64,000 nt of DNA from an uncultured delta proteobacterium (GCA_963745025.1 CAVUWD010000011.1:512001-576000); one strand, 5' to 3'. Positions 9,723-18,821 are shown, counted from the first letter of the stretch. A program made the numbers and translations. The notes: generated by a model from the letters alone, not told the origin.

Positions 9723-10946
9723 CTACGGCGAAGGATTTGCGTGTCGAACGGCGCGAAACGAGATCGGCAGCCGCGCGGGAACGCGGAACAGCGAGCGGCC
9801 CCAGTCGACCACGTCCGATTCGAGACGAAGATCGTCGAAGCGGCGGACGAGCGTGCCGATCGCGGCTCGCGCCTCCAGCTGCGCGAGGTGGTATCCGAGG
9901 CAGAAGTGTGCCCCGCCGCCGAACGCCAGGTGATCGTTGTCGGGGCGCTCGATGTCGAAGGTATCGGGGTCCGGAAACCGCTCGGGATCGCGGTTGGCCG
10001 ACGCGAGCATCGCCCACACCATGGAATTCTTCGGGATCGTCTTGCCGCCGAACTCGGCATCCTCGTGCAGGATGCGCACGGTGAGGACGATCGGGCCTTC
10101 GTAGCGCAGGCACTCCTCGATCGCGCCGTCGATGAGCTCGGGGTGCGCGCGGAGCTTGGCGAGCTCGGCCGGATGGCGGATCAGAGCGCGGATGCCGTTG
10201 CCGATCAGGCCGATGGTGGTCTCGAAGCCGGCGATCAGCAGGCCGATCGACTGTGAGATCAGTTCGCGACCGCTCAGGCGGTCGCCCTGCTCTTCCGCAC
10301 GAATCAGCCCACTCAAGATGTCTCCGGTGAGATGTGCCCGCCGGCGCTCGATCAGCTCCTCGAAATACGCCGCCAGCGACTCACCCGCAGCGCGCGCCTG
10401 CTGGAGCACCTCCGGCGGCAGGATCGGCGCGGCGAGGCCGAACGTCGCTTCCGCAGTCCATACGGTGAAACGATCGCGGTCCTCGACCGGCACGCCAAGC
10501 ATCTCGCAGATCACGGTTGCCGGCACCGGCAGCGCGAGGTCCGCGATCACGTCCATTTCCCCTTGCCCCGCGACGCGCTCGAGGCAGTGGTCGACGATGC
10601 GCTGGATCGTTTCGCGGAGATCCGACAGCGCGCGCGGGGTGAAGGCGCGGCTCACGAGCTTTCGCAGGCGCGTATGCGTGGGAGGGTCCTGCTGCAACAT
10701 GAACAGGCGCTGGCTGGCGAGTTCCGACTCGTCGAATCCGGGGAGGATCCCGTCGGTCGTGCGCACGCCGCAGCGCACCTCGCCGAGCAGGCGTGCTACG
10801 TCGGCGTAGCGGAGAAGCCGCCAGATGCCGATCGGCGTCAGGTTGACGGGATCGGTTTCCCGCAGCTTTCGCAGGCCCGGATACGGATCGTTCCGGAAGA
10901 CCGGATCCAGCGGATTACAACCGCCCCAGGGGTCATCCACGCTCAT
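9723..10946 (-). CDS. Cytochrome P450
   Basis: 'AGFETT' I-helix, 'EECLRY' ExxR, heme motif 'FGGGAHFCLG'. Confidence 0.95.
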   Translation of the reverse strand: MSVDDPWGGCNPLDPVFRNDPYPGLRKLRETDPVNLTPIGIWRLLRYADVARLLGEVRCGVRTTDGILPGFDESELASQRLFMLQQDPPTHTRLRKLVSRAFTPRALSDLRETIQRIVDHCLERVAGQGEMDVIADLALPVPATVICEMLGVPVEDRDRFTVWTAEATFGLAAPILPPEVLQQARAAGESLAAYFEELIERRRAHLTGDILSGLIRAEEQGDRLSGRELISQSIGLLIAGFETTIGLIGNGIRALIRHPAELAKLRAHPELIDGAIEECLRYEGPIVLTVRILHEDAEFGGKTIPKNSMVWAMLASANRDPERFPDPDTFDIERPDNDHLAFGGGAHFCLGYHLAQLEARAAIGTLVRRFDDLRLESDVVDWGRSLFRVPARLPISFRAVRHANPSP

Positions 10947-10999
10947 CGGACTCAATCCACGTTGCTCGAGCCGCGCGACGGATGCAACCGACGAGCTGC

Positions 11000-11218
11000 G
11001 GCGAGCGCCATGTAGGCGCATCCGCCAGCGTGAAGCTGCCGCAGAGATACTCGCGGTCGCCGAGCTCTCGTTCGAGACAGGGAAAGACGCGGCTTCGCAG
11101 CTGCTCCCTCCCCTTCTCCATGCCGTGCGTGTCGCGATCCTCCGGCTTCGACCACCAGGGCATCCAGACGCTCGGCAGAGCCCCGACGAGGATCGCCTCG
11201 TCGCCGAAGTTCTCGAGC
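11000..11218 (-). repeat. Duplicated internal fragment of the GST gene (copy of 13508-13727)
   Basis: 219 vs 220 bp direct repeat with 5 substitutions and 1 indel. Confidence 0.95.
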
Positions 11219-11228
11219 CGCCATACAC

Positions 11229-11259
11229 ACGAAACTGAACGTATGGAGATCAATTTCGT
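11229..11259. promoter_or_regulatory. Palindrome, candidate enhancer (UAS) for a sigma54 activator
   Basis: ACGAAACTGA-N11-TCAATTTCGT, ~90 bp upstream of the -24 box, AT-rich tract between. Confidence 0.5.
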
Positions 11260-11335
11260 ACGGTAAAGTTCACAATTATGATGACAAAAACAATCGGCGG
11301 CACGAAAAAAATGGATATTTTTTTGGCGCATATTA

Positions 11336-11351
11336 TGGCACGAGATCTGCT
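11336..11351 (+). promoter_or_regulatory. Sigma54 -24/-12 promoter
   Basis: TGGCACGAGATCTGCT, close to consensus TGGCACG-N4-TTGCW. Confidence 0.75.
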
Positions 11352-11748
11352 TTTCCAATCGCTGCAAAGAACGCGGTCGACGTGATCACGGGATTGGTTT
11401 CGAAGGGCCCGGCCTCGATGCGGCTCGCAAAGCCGGCCGCTGTCGCTCTCCGCGATGACCCTAGAGCGGCTGGAGGGATTTCATCGATCGACAAACGCCC
11501 GGAAACATTTTTTGGCGAGCAGCGGCTTATGGGACAGTTTGCAAGAGGGCGGCGGCGCTATGTTCCGCACAACTCATCGAGGATGGAAGGGTGCGTAGTC
11601 ATCCTCCTCGCGGCCGCGATGCTCGCAGGAACGGCGGCTCTGCACACTCAGCGCGGGCACGCGAGCGCGGCCCGCCGAATTGGGACTAGCAACTGATGTT
11701 TTGGGGCAGTGCCTGTGGTGGAAAGTAGTGTTACAAAAGGAGACGTGC

Positions 11749-12486
11749 ATGACGACGAAACTTGCAATCATCGGGATCGCGCTCGGCCTAGCTACCGGAA
11801 GTGCTCTCGCGCAAAATAATAATCCCTGCCCCGGAGATAAGGCGTACCAAGTCAACATCATCGGCGTCCCCAAAGGGAAGAACCCGACGATGGACAACAA
11901 CAACGGACACCGGATCTTCGTGCCTCTAAACGGGCCAACTAACATTTACATGAGCGGGGATGTCGATAATAATGCTTCTGATGGCCTGCAATGTGGGAAC
12001 GACTTCCGGGTAACCGACGCCAATGGAACAGACCAGAACGGAGCCAGGTTGCTCGTTCCCTGCGACAACACGGACATAACCAATGTTTGTTACACCGTCT
12101 TCGCGACTCCTCTTGGAACACCGGGCGGACGAGCCGACGTAGACGTCGTTTGCTCGTTCGATAGCACGGTTATTGGCGGGAACATCGATGCAGGTGACTG
12201 CGCCCAGGGAGAAATCGACTTCTCACTGGTGCGCAACAGCGGCAAGCCGGTCCAGAAGGACATCACGAAGTTCATGAGAGCCTCCGGCTGCATCGATGTC
12301 GGCGGCGAAACTGGCGTCTGCGACGCCGGTGACACTCAGTTCAACAACATCTGGATCTTCAACCTCGACCAGTTGCAGGACTATTTCTGGATCTACGACA
12401 ACCAGGGCCTGCGGGTAGCGCAGCTCCGGTTCTGCGATGTGAGCGACATTCCGGGGGCCTGTGGCTCTGTAACAACCGTGCAGTAG
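11749..12486 (+). CDS. Secreted hypothetical protein with 10 Cys
   Basis: RBS AAGGAG; signal peptide 'MTTKLAIIGIALGLATGSALA'; lower GC than flanks. Confidence 0.85.
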   Translation: MTTKLAIIGIALGLATGSALAQNNNPCPGDKAYQVNIIGVPKGKNPTMDNNNGHRIFVPLNGPTNIYMSGDVDNNASDGLQCGNDFRVTDANGTDQNGARLLVPCDNTDITNVCYTVFATPLGTPGGRADVDVVCSFDSTVIGGNIDAGDCAQGEIDFSLVRNSGKPVQKDITKFMRASGCIDVGGETGVCDAGDTQFNNIWIFNLDQLQDYFWIYDNQGLRVAQLRFCDVSDIPGACGSVTTVQ

Positions 12487-12517
12487 GTATTGACGTCGCC
12501 TCCGAGTATCCGGAGCT

Positions 12518-12550
12518 AGAGCGGGGCCTGGCATTCCCGGGCTCCGCTCT
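12518..12550 (+). terminator. Intercistronic 14-bp hairpin (terminator/stabiliser)
   Basis: AGAGCGGGGCCTGG-CATTC-CCGGGCTCCGCTCT with two G-U pairs, followed by GTCAGTTTT. Confidence 0.6.
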
Positions 12551-12562
12551 GTCAGTTTTCCG

Positions 12563-13303
12563 ATGCCTTCCTCGTTTCCACGTCTTGTCGCTGTAGCCGC
12601 GCTTCTATGGGCGGTTTTCACGACTTCTCGAATCGGAGCCCAGATCCCGATCCCCGCATTTCCCGTACAAGGCATCGAGTACCAGCCTTTGCCGGCCATC
12701 TTCATCGTGGCCGCACGAGGCACGGTTCGGGAGAGTTCGATTGAGATCCTCAATCACAAGCCGGAGTCCTTGGAGATCAAGGAAGTCGAGAACCCCAGCA
12801 AACGGTTCACCGCCCGCGTCGAGACTCTCGAGCCAGGGCGGCGTTATCGCTTCACGGTGACGCTGAAGGGCGAAGGGCCTGCCGGAAAGCAGCGCCAGGA
12901 TGTCTCGCTCAAGACGAACCTCGCCAGCGCCCCCGTGCTTCGCATTCCGGTGAACACAGCGGTCCGGGAGAAGGTGTACGCGCTCCCCGAGTCCCTCTTC
13001 CTCGGACGCTACGGAATCAGCGAGATCAAAGGAAATCCGAACCTAGCCCGGCAACTGGCCCAGATTTTGATGGTCTATCGCGACAACACGAACCAGTTCC
13101 AGGTTCAGGTTTCGACGGATGTGCCTTTCTTGAAGTTCACCTCCGAAAGGGGTCCGCAGGGCGACCGTTATGAGAGCTGGTTTTGGCTCGATCCGGACAA
13201 GGTCAAACCGGGAGAAATCAGAGGCACTGTCTTCCTCGAAACCAACGACACGGACTTCCCGAAATTATCGGTGCCGGTTACGGGCACAGTGCTGCCGAAG
13301 TAA
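12563..13303 (+). CDS. Secreted protein with two Ig-like (DUF1573-like) domains
   Basis: Signal peptide; two beta-rich halves ending 'KTN..PVLRIPV' and 'ETND..PKLSVPV'. Confidence 0.75.
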   Translation: MPSSFPRLVAVAALLWAVFTTSRIGAQIPIPAFPVQGIEYQPLPAIFIVAARGTVRESSIEILNHKPESLEIKEVENPSKRFTARVETLEPGRRYRFTVTLKGEGPAGKQRQDVSLKTNLASAPVLRIPVNTAVREKVYALPESLFLGRYGISEIKGNPNLARQLAQILMVYRDNTNQFQVQVSTDVPFLKFTSERGPQGDRYESWFWLDPDKVKPGEIRGTVFLETNDTDFPKLSVPVTGTVLPK

Positions 13304-13369
13304 ACTGTTGCCGAAACCTTTTGCTTCTTCCAAATCCCAACCAAGTTGGGTGCCGTTCGCCGGCATCCC

Positions 13370-14035
13370 CTACGCGCTCCCTGCCGACTCGGCGAGCGGC
13401 GTCCGCGGGCTGATCGAGCGATAGCTCGCGCGCGAGCGCAGACGCGCGAGGTAGGCGGTGAGACGCGGAAACGGATCGGTCGCCATCCCGTCGACCTCGA
13501 GCACCATGGCGAGCGCCATGTAGGGCGCATCCGCCAGCGTGAAGCTGCCGCAGAGATACTCGCGGTCGCCGAGCTCTCGTTCGAGATAAGAAAAGACGCG
13601 ACTTCGCAGCTGCTCCTTCCCCTTCTCCATGCCGTGCGTGTCGCGATCCTCCGGCTTCGACCACCAGGGCATCCAGACGCTCGGCAGAGCCCCGACGAGG
13701 ATCGCCTCGTCGCCGAAGTTCTCGAGCATGCGGGCGCGCGCCCGCGCGATCGGCTCGCGCGGCAAGAGCGACGGCTCGGGATAGCGGTCTTCCAGGTACT
13801 CGTTGATCACCGACGAGTCGTAAACGACCAGACCCTCGTCCTCGATCCACGGCACCTTGCCGAGCGGGTGCTTGGCGAGCATCTCCGGCGGCTTCTTCCA
13901 GAGATCCCCGGGTCGCAGACGCTCGACCCGATACGGAAGGCCCTTCTCCTCGAGAACGACCTTGACCTTGCTGGCGTTCGTCGAGCGCAAGGTCCCCCAG
14001 GGATATTCGCGCTCGGTCGTGTAGAGAACGATCAT
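13370..14035 (-). CDS. Glutathione S-transferase family protein
   Basis: 'HPLGKVPWI..YDSSVINEYLEDRYP', 'YLCGSFTLAD'. Confidence 0.93.
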   Translation of the reverse strand: MIVLYTTEREYPWGTLRSTNASKVKVVLEEKGLPYRVERLRPGDLWKKPPEMLAKHPLGKVPWIEDEGLVVYDSSVINEYLEDRYPEPSLLPREPIARARARMLENFGDEAILVGALPSVWMPWWSKPEDRDTHGMEKGKEQLRSRVFSYLERELGDREYLCGSFTLADAPYMALAMVLEVDGMATDPFPRLTAYLARLRSRASYRSISPRTPLAESAGSA

Positions 14036-14124
14036 GGCGAGGCTCTCCGCGTAGCACTCGAGGAGGGCTAGAAGAAGAGGGAGTCGCCTCGGCCCCTGCC
14101 ACGACCATATGCCGTGATGACAGC

Positions 14125-14172
14125 GGTCGAGCTTCCGGTCGAGCCGTACTCGGGTCGATCGGAAGCTCGACC
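14125..14172. repeat. REP-like hairpin, TACT-loop family copy 1
   Basis: 18-bp arms (17/18 matching) around GCCGTACTCGGG. Confidence 0.85.
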
Positions 14173-14213
14173 CACCGCGCAGAGCGCGGAATGTTGCAGC
14201 GCTTCGCGCTGTG

Positions 14214-14268
14214 GCGTGTGTTTGCGGTCGACCCGAGTACAGAGTACGGATCGACCGCAAACACACGC
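14214..14268. repeat. REP-like hairpin, TACT-loop family copy 2 (inverted)
   Basis: Perfect 18-bp arms around CCCGAGTACAGAGTACGGA. Confidence 0.85.
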
Positions 14269-14355
14269 GTAGCTTCTCATCGATCAGTTAGGTCGAACAC
14301 AAGGGAAAGTGATTTACGACGTACCCTCGGCAGCGCGCGTCTCTCCACAGGCCCG

Positions 14356-14808
14356 CTACGAAAGCCGATCGCGGCTGAGATAGAGATGGTACGCGCCGCC
14401 GCTCGAGACGCCGATCGCCGCTAGTGCATAGAGGACGAGGCCGATCAGCGGCGCGTCGGAGCCGGGAGGCGGGTTCAGCGAGAAGAGGAGAAGGTTTGCC
14501 AGCACGTACAACGCGTAGGCGCCGGCGAGCGGCACCACCCAGCTGCGCATCGTCCAGACGCCGTAGGCGTAACTGCCGAGAAGCAGGCCAAAGAGCGGCC
14601 CGACGATCGCGTTGGCGAGCCCATGCAGGCGATGGCCGAAGAACACGAAACCGGCGTTACTATCGGGAGCGAAGGCCTGGCTGATCGGCTTCATGAGATT
14701 GGACAGCGCCAACAAGCCCATGAGAACGGCGAGCGTCGTGAGAACGCCGCCGCGCGCTTTTCCAACACTCGCTTCCAGGCCGTGATCCTCGCCGCCGTGA
14801 TGCCACAT
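14356..14808 (-). CDS. Hypothetical membrane protein (~4 TM); start uncertain
   Basis: Four hydrophobic segments. Confidence 0.75.
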   Translation of the reverse strand: MWHHGGEDHGLEASVGKARGGVLTTLAVLMGLLALSNLMKPISQAFAPDSNAGFVFFGHRLHGLANAIVGPLFGLLLGSYAYGVWTMRSWVVPLAGAYALYVLANLLLFSLNPPPGSDAPLIGLVLYALAAIGVSSGGAYHLYLSRDRLS

Positions 14809-15409
14809 TCACCCGCCGAGCCCAAACGGAACGCGGTCGTCGCGACGGTCGCCCGCGCCTTGACCCTGGCGCGGCTGGTCGGTGTCGGACCGTTTCTCTG
14901 GCTGCTCGTCCGTGTCTCGCGGGGAGCTTCGCTGGGCGAGCGCGCGATGCTCGGCTTCTCTTACCTGTTCCTCGCGCTTTCGGATTTCTTCGATGGCCGG
15001 CTGGCTCGCCGGGCCCGCGCCGCAAGCCCGCTTTGGGCACGAGCGGACGTCGTCGCGGACATCGTCTTCAACGTCTGCTCCCTCGGCGTCGCCGCCTGGC
15101 TCCGCCTCGTTGGCCCGTGGGTGCCGGCCGGCGTCGCGTTGCTCGGCGGGCGCTTCCTCGTGCGGAGCGTGCGTGACGGAGGATGACGGAGGATACGGAG
15201 GATCGGGAGGGGATCTTCCCGAAGACCGCCTCGGCAAGCTCGCCGGAGTCGCGTACTACGTCCTCGTCGGATGGATCGTCGCCGAGCTGGCGATCGGCGG
15301 CGTGCTCGGCCGGTTCGCGCTCGCGCGCGCGGGGGATGCCGTGTTCCTCTATACGCTCGTCGCCTTTTGGCTCGGGCGGGACCGGCCGATGTCGTCTCGC
15401 CGACGGTGA
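14800..15409 (+). pseudogene. CDP-alcohol phosphatidyltransferase interrupted by a 10-bp tandem duplication
   Basis: 'LTLARL..SDFFDGRLARR..WARADVVAD' motif; C-terminal 'GKLAGV' in another frame after TGACGGAGGA x2 (15174-15193). Confidence 0.8.
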
Positions 15410-16308
15410 ACGAAGAGATCGATGTAGGCCTTGGGAAGGAAGAGCGCGCCGAGCGCGCCGTTGGCGAGCATGAAGGTCAGATGAGCGGCGAGGCTGTACG
15501 CAAGCAGGTCAGCCTCCGGCGCGTAGTCGTTGAAGAAGAAGATCCACGCCGCCTGCGAAGTGCCGAGATGCGCGACGGTCACCGGCAGCGCCGCGACCAT
15601 GAAGACGATCGGCAAGAAGGCGAGCAACCGGGAGAGCGGGACGTGGATACCGAAGAGCGGCAGCGCAAGCGCGTGCACCGAGAGCGCGCAGAGGAACGTC
15701 GAGGCTTTGAGCCCCAGGACGACGAGAAGTTGAGCGGGGCTTGCGCTGCGAAAGGTCCGGGAGAGCGGGTTCCGGGCGTAGCGACCGGCGGCCGGCGTGC
15801 GCACGACGGCGACGAGGCCGATCCACAGCGCGGCAAGCACGAGCGGCGCGAGAAACAGGCCGGCGGGAACGTCACGCGGAAATGCGAGCATCCCCACGGT
15901 GGCGAAGAGCACGAGCTGCGTCACCTCGAGAAGGATCAGCGTCGCGACGGTGCCGGCGATTTCGCCGAGCGGAGTCATGAAGCGGCGGTGGATGTAGAGC
16001 GCGAGCGCGCCCTGTGCGAGCTGCGTGTTGACGATCGAGACCAAGTACGTCGAGGCGCGTACCGGCAAGAGGTCGCGGTAGGCGAGAGGGCCGTGGAACC
16101 AACGGACCATTTTCAGCAACACCAGCGTGTCGACCGCGAAGTAGAAGAGCGAGAAGCCGGCCATCAGAGCGAGAAACGGCACCAGGCGCGCCTGCGACAA
16201 TGCCTCCACCAGGCGCTGAAACGGGACGCGAGCGAAGATGACGGCGAAGATCGCGACGGTCAGGGCGAGCGGCCAGAGCTTCGCCAGGCGATCGCGTAAC
16301 CGCTCCAT
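15349..16308 (-). CDS. Lysylphosphatidylglycerol synthase TM / flippase-like (UPF0104) protein
   Basis: Multi-TM; 'ALPVTVAHLGTSQAAW' family-like motif. Confidence 0.8.
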   Translation of the reverse strand: MERLRDRLAKLWPLALTVAIFAVIFARVPFQRLVEALSQARLVPFLALMAGFSLFYFAVDTLVLLKMVRWFHGPLAYRDLLPVRASTYLVSIVNTQLAQGALALYIHRRFMTPLGEIAGTVATLILLEVTQLVLFATVGMLAFPRDVPAGLFLAPLVLAALWIGLVAVVRTPAAGRYARNPLSRTFRSASPAQLLVVLGLKASTFLCALSVHALALPLFGIHVPLSRLLAFLPIVFMVAALPVTVAHLGTSQAAWIFFFNDYAPEADLLAYSLAAHLTFMLANGALGALFLPKAYIDLFVHRRRDDIGRSRPSQKATSV

Positions 16309-16408
16309 GGGCAGGCTATAACCGGCGCCGCCGAGCGACCTCAAGGACCGGCGGCGCTTTCGGGTCAACCCATGGCGAGCTTCGTTCGTCATTATCAGGC
16401 GGAGGCTC

Positions 16409-16819
16409 GTGATGGCGTTCGAATCCCCAGCGGCGGCAAGAAGCTCCCTCTCGAGGTCGTGGACGGCCCCCTTCGTTACGCAGCCGGCGATTCTGCTGCC
16501 CTGCCAATACGCCGCCGCGAGCGCGCCTCAACTCGTGTTTGAGCTCGCGCTAGTCGCGGCGATTCTCGAAGACGCCCTCCGCTCGCTCTCCCACCGCGAT
16601 CCGAGCGGCCCGCGGCGGCGAGAATTTCGCGAGGCACGCGACTGGCTACTCAACGACGATCGAACCTGGCCCTTCGCGTTTCGCAACGTCTGCGATCTCC
16701 TCGGGCTCGATGCGAGCGCGCTCCGCGAGAGCTTCCGGGAGCGCCTGGAGCCGCGAAGACGGCCGTGTCAACCGAATCGCCGCCCCCCTCGTTCTCCCAT
16801 CGAGGAGGCTCCTCCATGA
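16409..16819 (+). CDS. Conserved-looking hypothetical protein
   Basis: RBS GGAGG; 'AILEDA..EARDW..WPFAFRNVCDLLGLD' pattern. Confidence 0.7.
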   Translation: MMAFESPAAARSSLSRSWTAPFVTQPAILLPCQYAAASAPQLVFELALVAAILEDALRSLSHRDPSGPRRREFREARDWLLNDDRTWPFAFRNVCDLLGLDASALRESFRERLEPRRRPCQPNRRPPRSPIEEAPP

Positions 16820-16917
16820 CCCAGCCGGGCACGGCGTTGCTGAGGCTCGCATTGTTTCTGTCAGTCGTAGCGCTCGGCGCTCTCACGCTGTGGGTGAGCG
16901 CCGGACACGTGCAGTAG
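16816..16917 (+). CDS. 33-aa single-TM small protein
   Basis: RBS GAGGAGG, ATGA overlap with upstream stop; MTQPGTALLRLALFLSVVALGALTLWVSAGHVQ. Confidence 0.55.
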   Translation: MTQPGTALLRLALFLSVVALGALTLWVSAGHVQ

Positions 16918-16932
16918 CGGCGACCGGCAGCG

Positions 16933-17508
16933 ATGGGGGCTCAGCTGTTTGCATTCGGGATCGCACCGGGCACGATGGCCGCGACCGCCCAGGTGCCCGC
17001 CGATCGCATGGACTATGAGCAGCTCTACCGGGATCACCGGCCGCAGGTTCTGCGCATTTGCCGGCTGCTGCTCGCCGACCCCGACGAGGCCGACGACGTC
17101 GCACAGGAAGTCCTCTTGAAATTGCTGAACGAGCATCGCGCGAATGGAAACACCATCGCCTGGAGGCCCTGGCTCAACCGTGTCACGGTCAACGCCTGCC
17201 GGGACCGCCGGCGTTCGGGCTGGTGGAAGCGGTGGCGCTCGCAGCCGGCCGAGTTCGAGGAAAGCGAATTCGCCCACCGCGGCCCGACCCCGGAGCAGCA
17301 GGCTCTCGGTGAGGAAACGCGGCGGGCGATCTGGGAAGCGTTTCGGCGACTTCCGGCGCGTCAACGCGACGTATTCGCGCTTCGTTACCTGGAGGGATGC
17401 TCGACCGAAGAGACCGCGGAAGTGCTCGGGCTGAGCACAGGCAGCGTCAAGACACATCTCTTTCGCGCCGTGCACCAGATGCGCACGAGCTTACGAGGTG
17501 CACCATGA
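16933..17508 (+). CDS. ECF sigma-70 factor (start could be 16975 or 17008)
   Basis: 'ADDVAQEV', 'WLNRVTVNACRD', region 4 'ETAEVLGLSTGSVKTHLFRA'. Confidence 0.92.
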   Translation: MGAQLFAFGIAPGTMAATAQVPADRMDYEQLYRDHRPQVLRICRLLLADPDEADDVAQEVLLKLLNEHRANGNTIAWRPWLNRVTVNACRDRRRSGWWKRWRSQPAEFEESEFAHRGPTPEQQALGEETRRAIWEAFRRLPARQRDVFALRYLEGCSTEETAEVLGLSTGSVKTHLFRAVHQMRTSLRGAP

Positions 17509-18056
17509 ATCGTTGTCTCGAAGAGCGAGCCTTGCTGCTGGCCGCGATCGGCGAGGGCCGCGCCGAGGAGAGCGCGCATCTCGCCTCCTGCCGGTCGTGC
17601 AGCGGTCGATACGCGCGGATGGTGGGCGATCTGGACGTGATCGGCAACGCGTTGCGCGGGGCGCCGACGCGCCTCGCGTCCGCGCCCTCGTCGCGCCACG
17701 CCGACCGCTGGTGGGTGGCGGGTCTGGCGATGGCCGCCACGGTCACACTGATCGTCGCGCTGCAATGGCTCCGCAGGCCGGCGAGCACCGAGCTCGCCCG
17801 CGTGAGCGCAGCGGCATCCGCCACGGCGCGGGACGTCAGCACCGATGCCGAGGAGGTCTCCGCGGCGATGTTCGACACGGCGAGCGAGCGGCGCCTGTCG
17901 AGCGAAATCTTCGACGTCGCGACGCGGGACAACGGCCAGAGGCTGACACCGGAAGCAGCCACGCTGCAGGAAGCGCTCGAGGCAGGCCCCGTCTGCACCG
18001 GCGGGCGATTCATCGACGGCGACTGTGACGACTACGTTTCGGCGCTCTTCTTCTGA
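17505..18056 (+). CDS. Zinc-binding (ZAS) membrane anti-sigma factor
   Basis: 'HLASCRSC' HxxxCxxC, single TM, ATGA overlap with sigma gene. Confidence 0.8.
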   Translation: MNRCLEERALLLAAIGEGRAEESAHLASCRSCSGRYARMVGDLDVIGNALRGAPTRLASAPSSRHADRWWVAGLAMAATVTLIVALQWLRRPASTELARVSAAASATARDVSTDAEEVSAAMFDTASERRLSSEIFDVATRDNGQRLTPEAATLQEALEAGPVCTGGRFIDGDCDDYVSALFF

Positions 18057-18089
18057 GCGACGCGCAGATGACATGAAAGGACGATCGCC

Positions 18090-18638
18090 ATGAGAGGACG
18101 AACGATCTTGATCGCAGCGCTGACAGCCGCCGCGCTTTGCTGGGGGAGCGCCCGTGCGGAGCCGCCGAACAAGCCCATGCCCGGTCCGCCGCACGGCGGG
18201 CACAGGTTCATGATGGGCCCGGGGAGCGGGCACGGCATGATGGGCGAAGGCGGTGGATTCATGTTGCCGCTGGTGCTCCACCGCGCGAACCTGACCCCCG
18301 AGCAGCACGACAAGGTGCGCAAGATTCTCGAGTCGGACCGCCAGGACCTGCAAAAGCTCTCCTCCGAGCTCGGCAAGGCCAACGACGAATTGTCGAGGAA
18401 ACTGTTCGCGCCCGGCGACGTCGCGCTTGCCGATCTCAAGACACAGCTCGACGAGATCGCCGGTCTCCGCCGGCAGCTGATGGAGCAAGGAATCAAGACG
18501 GCGCTGGCGATCCGCAAGGTGCTCACGCCGGAGCAGCTCGCCAAGGTGGCGGAGGTGAAGCAGCGGATGGACAAGCTCCGCGCCGAGATGCGGGAGCTGA
18601 TGGAGGGAGACGGCCTTCCCCCTCCTCCCCCTCTCTGA
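18090..18638 (+). CDS. Spy/CpxP-family periplasmic protein
   Basis: Signal peptide, Met/His/Gly-rich region, two 'LTPEQ' (LTxxQ) motifs. Confidence 0.9.
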   Translation: MRGRTILIAALTAAALCWGSARAEPPNKPMPGPPHGGHRFMMGPGSGHGMMGEGGGFMLPLVLHRANLTPEQHDKVRKILESDRQDLQKLSSELGKANDELSRKLFAPGDVALADLKTQLDEIAGLRRQLMEQGIKTALAIRKVLTPEQLAKVAEVKQRMDKLRAEMRELMEGDGLPPPPPL

Positions 18639-18821
18639 CCTCGAATTCCCCCAAGCCGGGCGAGTCGCAGTGTCAGCGCTCGCCCGGCCCCCTCGTTCTC
18701 ATCCGAGCGCGGTGATCGCTTGACGCCGCGAGCGCAGCCATGGTACCGGCGGTACCGAAATGCGATTTTGGATACCAACTTCGGGCGTTTCGTGCGACCA
18801 TGCATCGCGAGGAGGATCGCC

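Noticed and set aside
11360-11748. c-di-GMP riboswitch in the long leader
   Set aside because: GCAAAGCC is present, but I could not find the GNRA-loop/receptor architecture; needs an Infernal search.
11000-13727. GST repeat pair as a DGR template/variable repeat
   Set aside because: Differences fall at both A and T on the same strand, an indel is present, the target is a GST interior, and there is no reverse transcriptase in the window.
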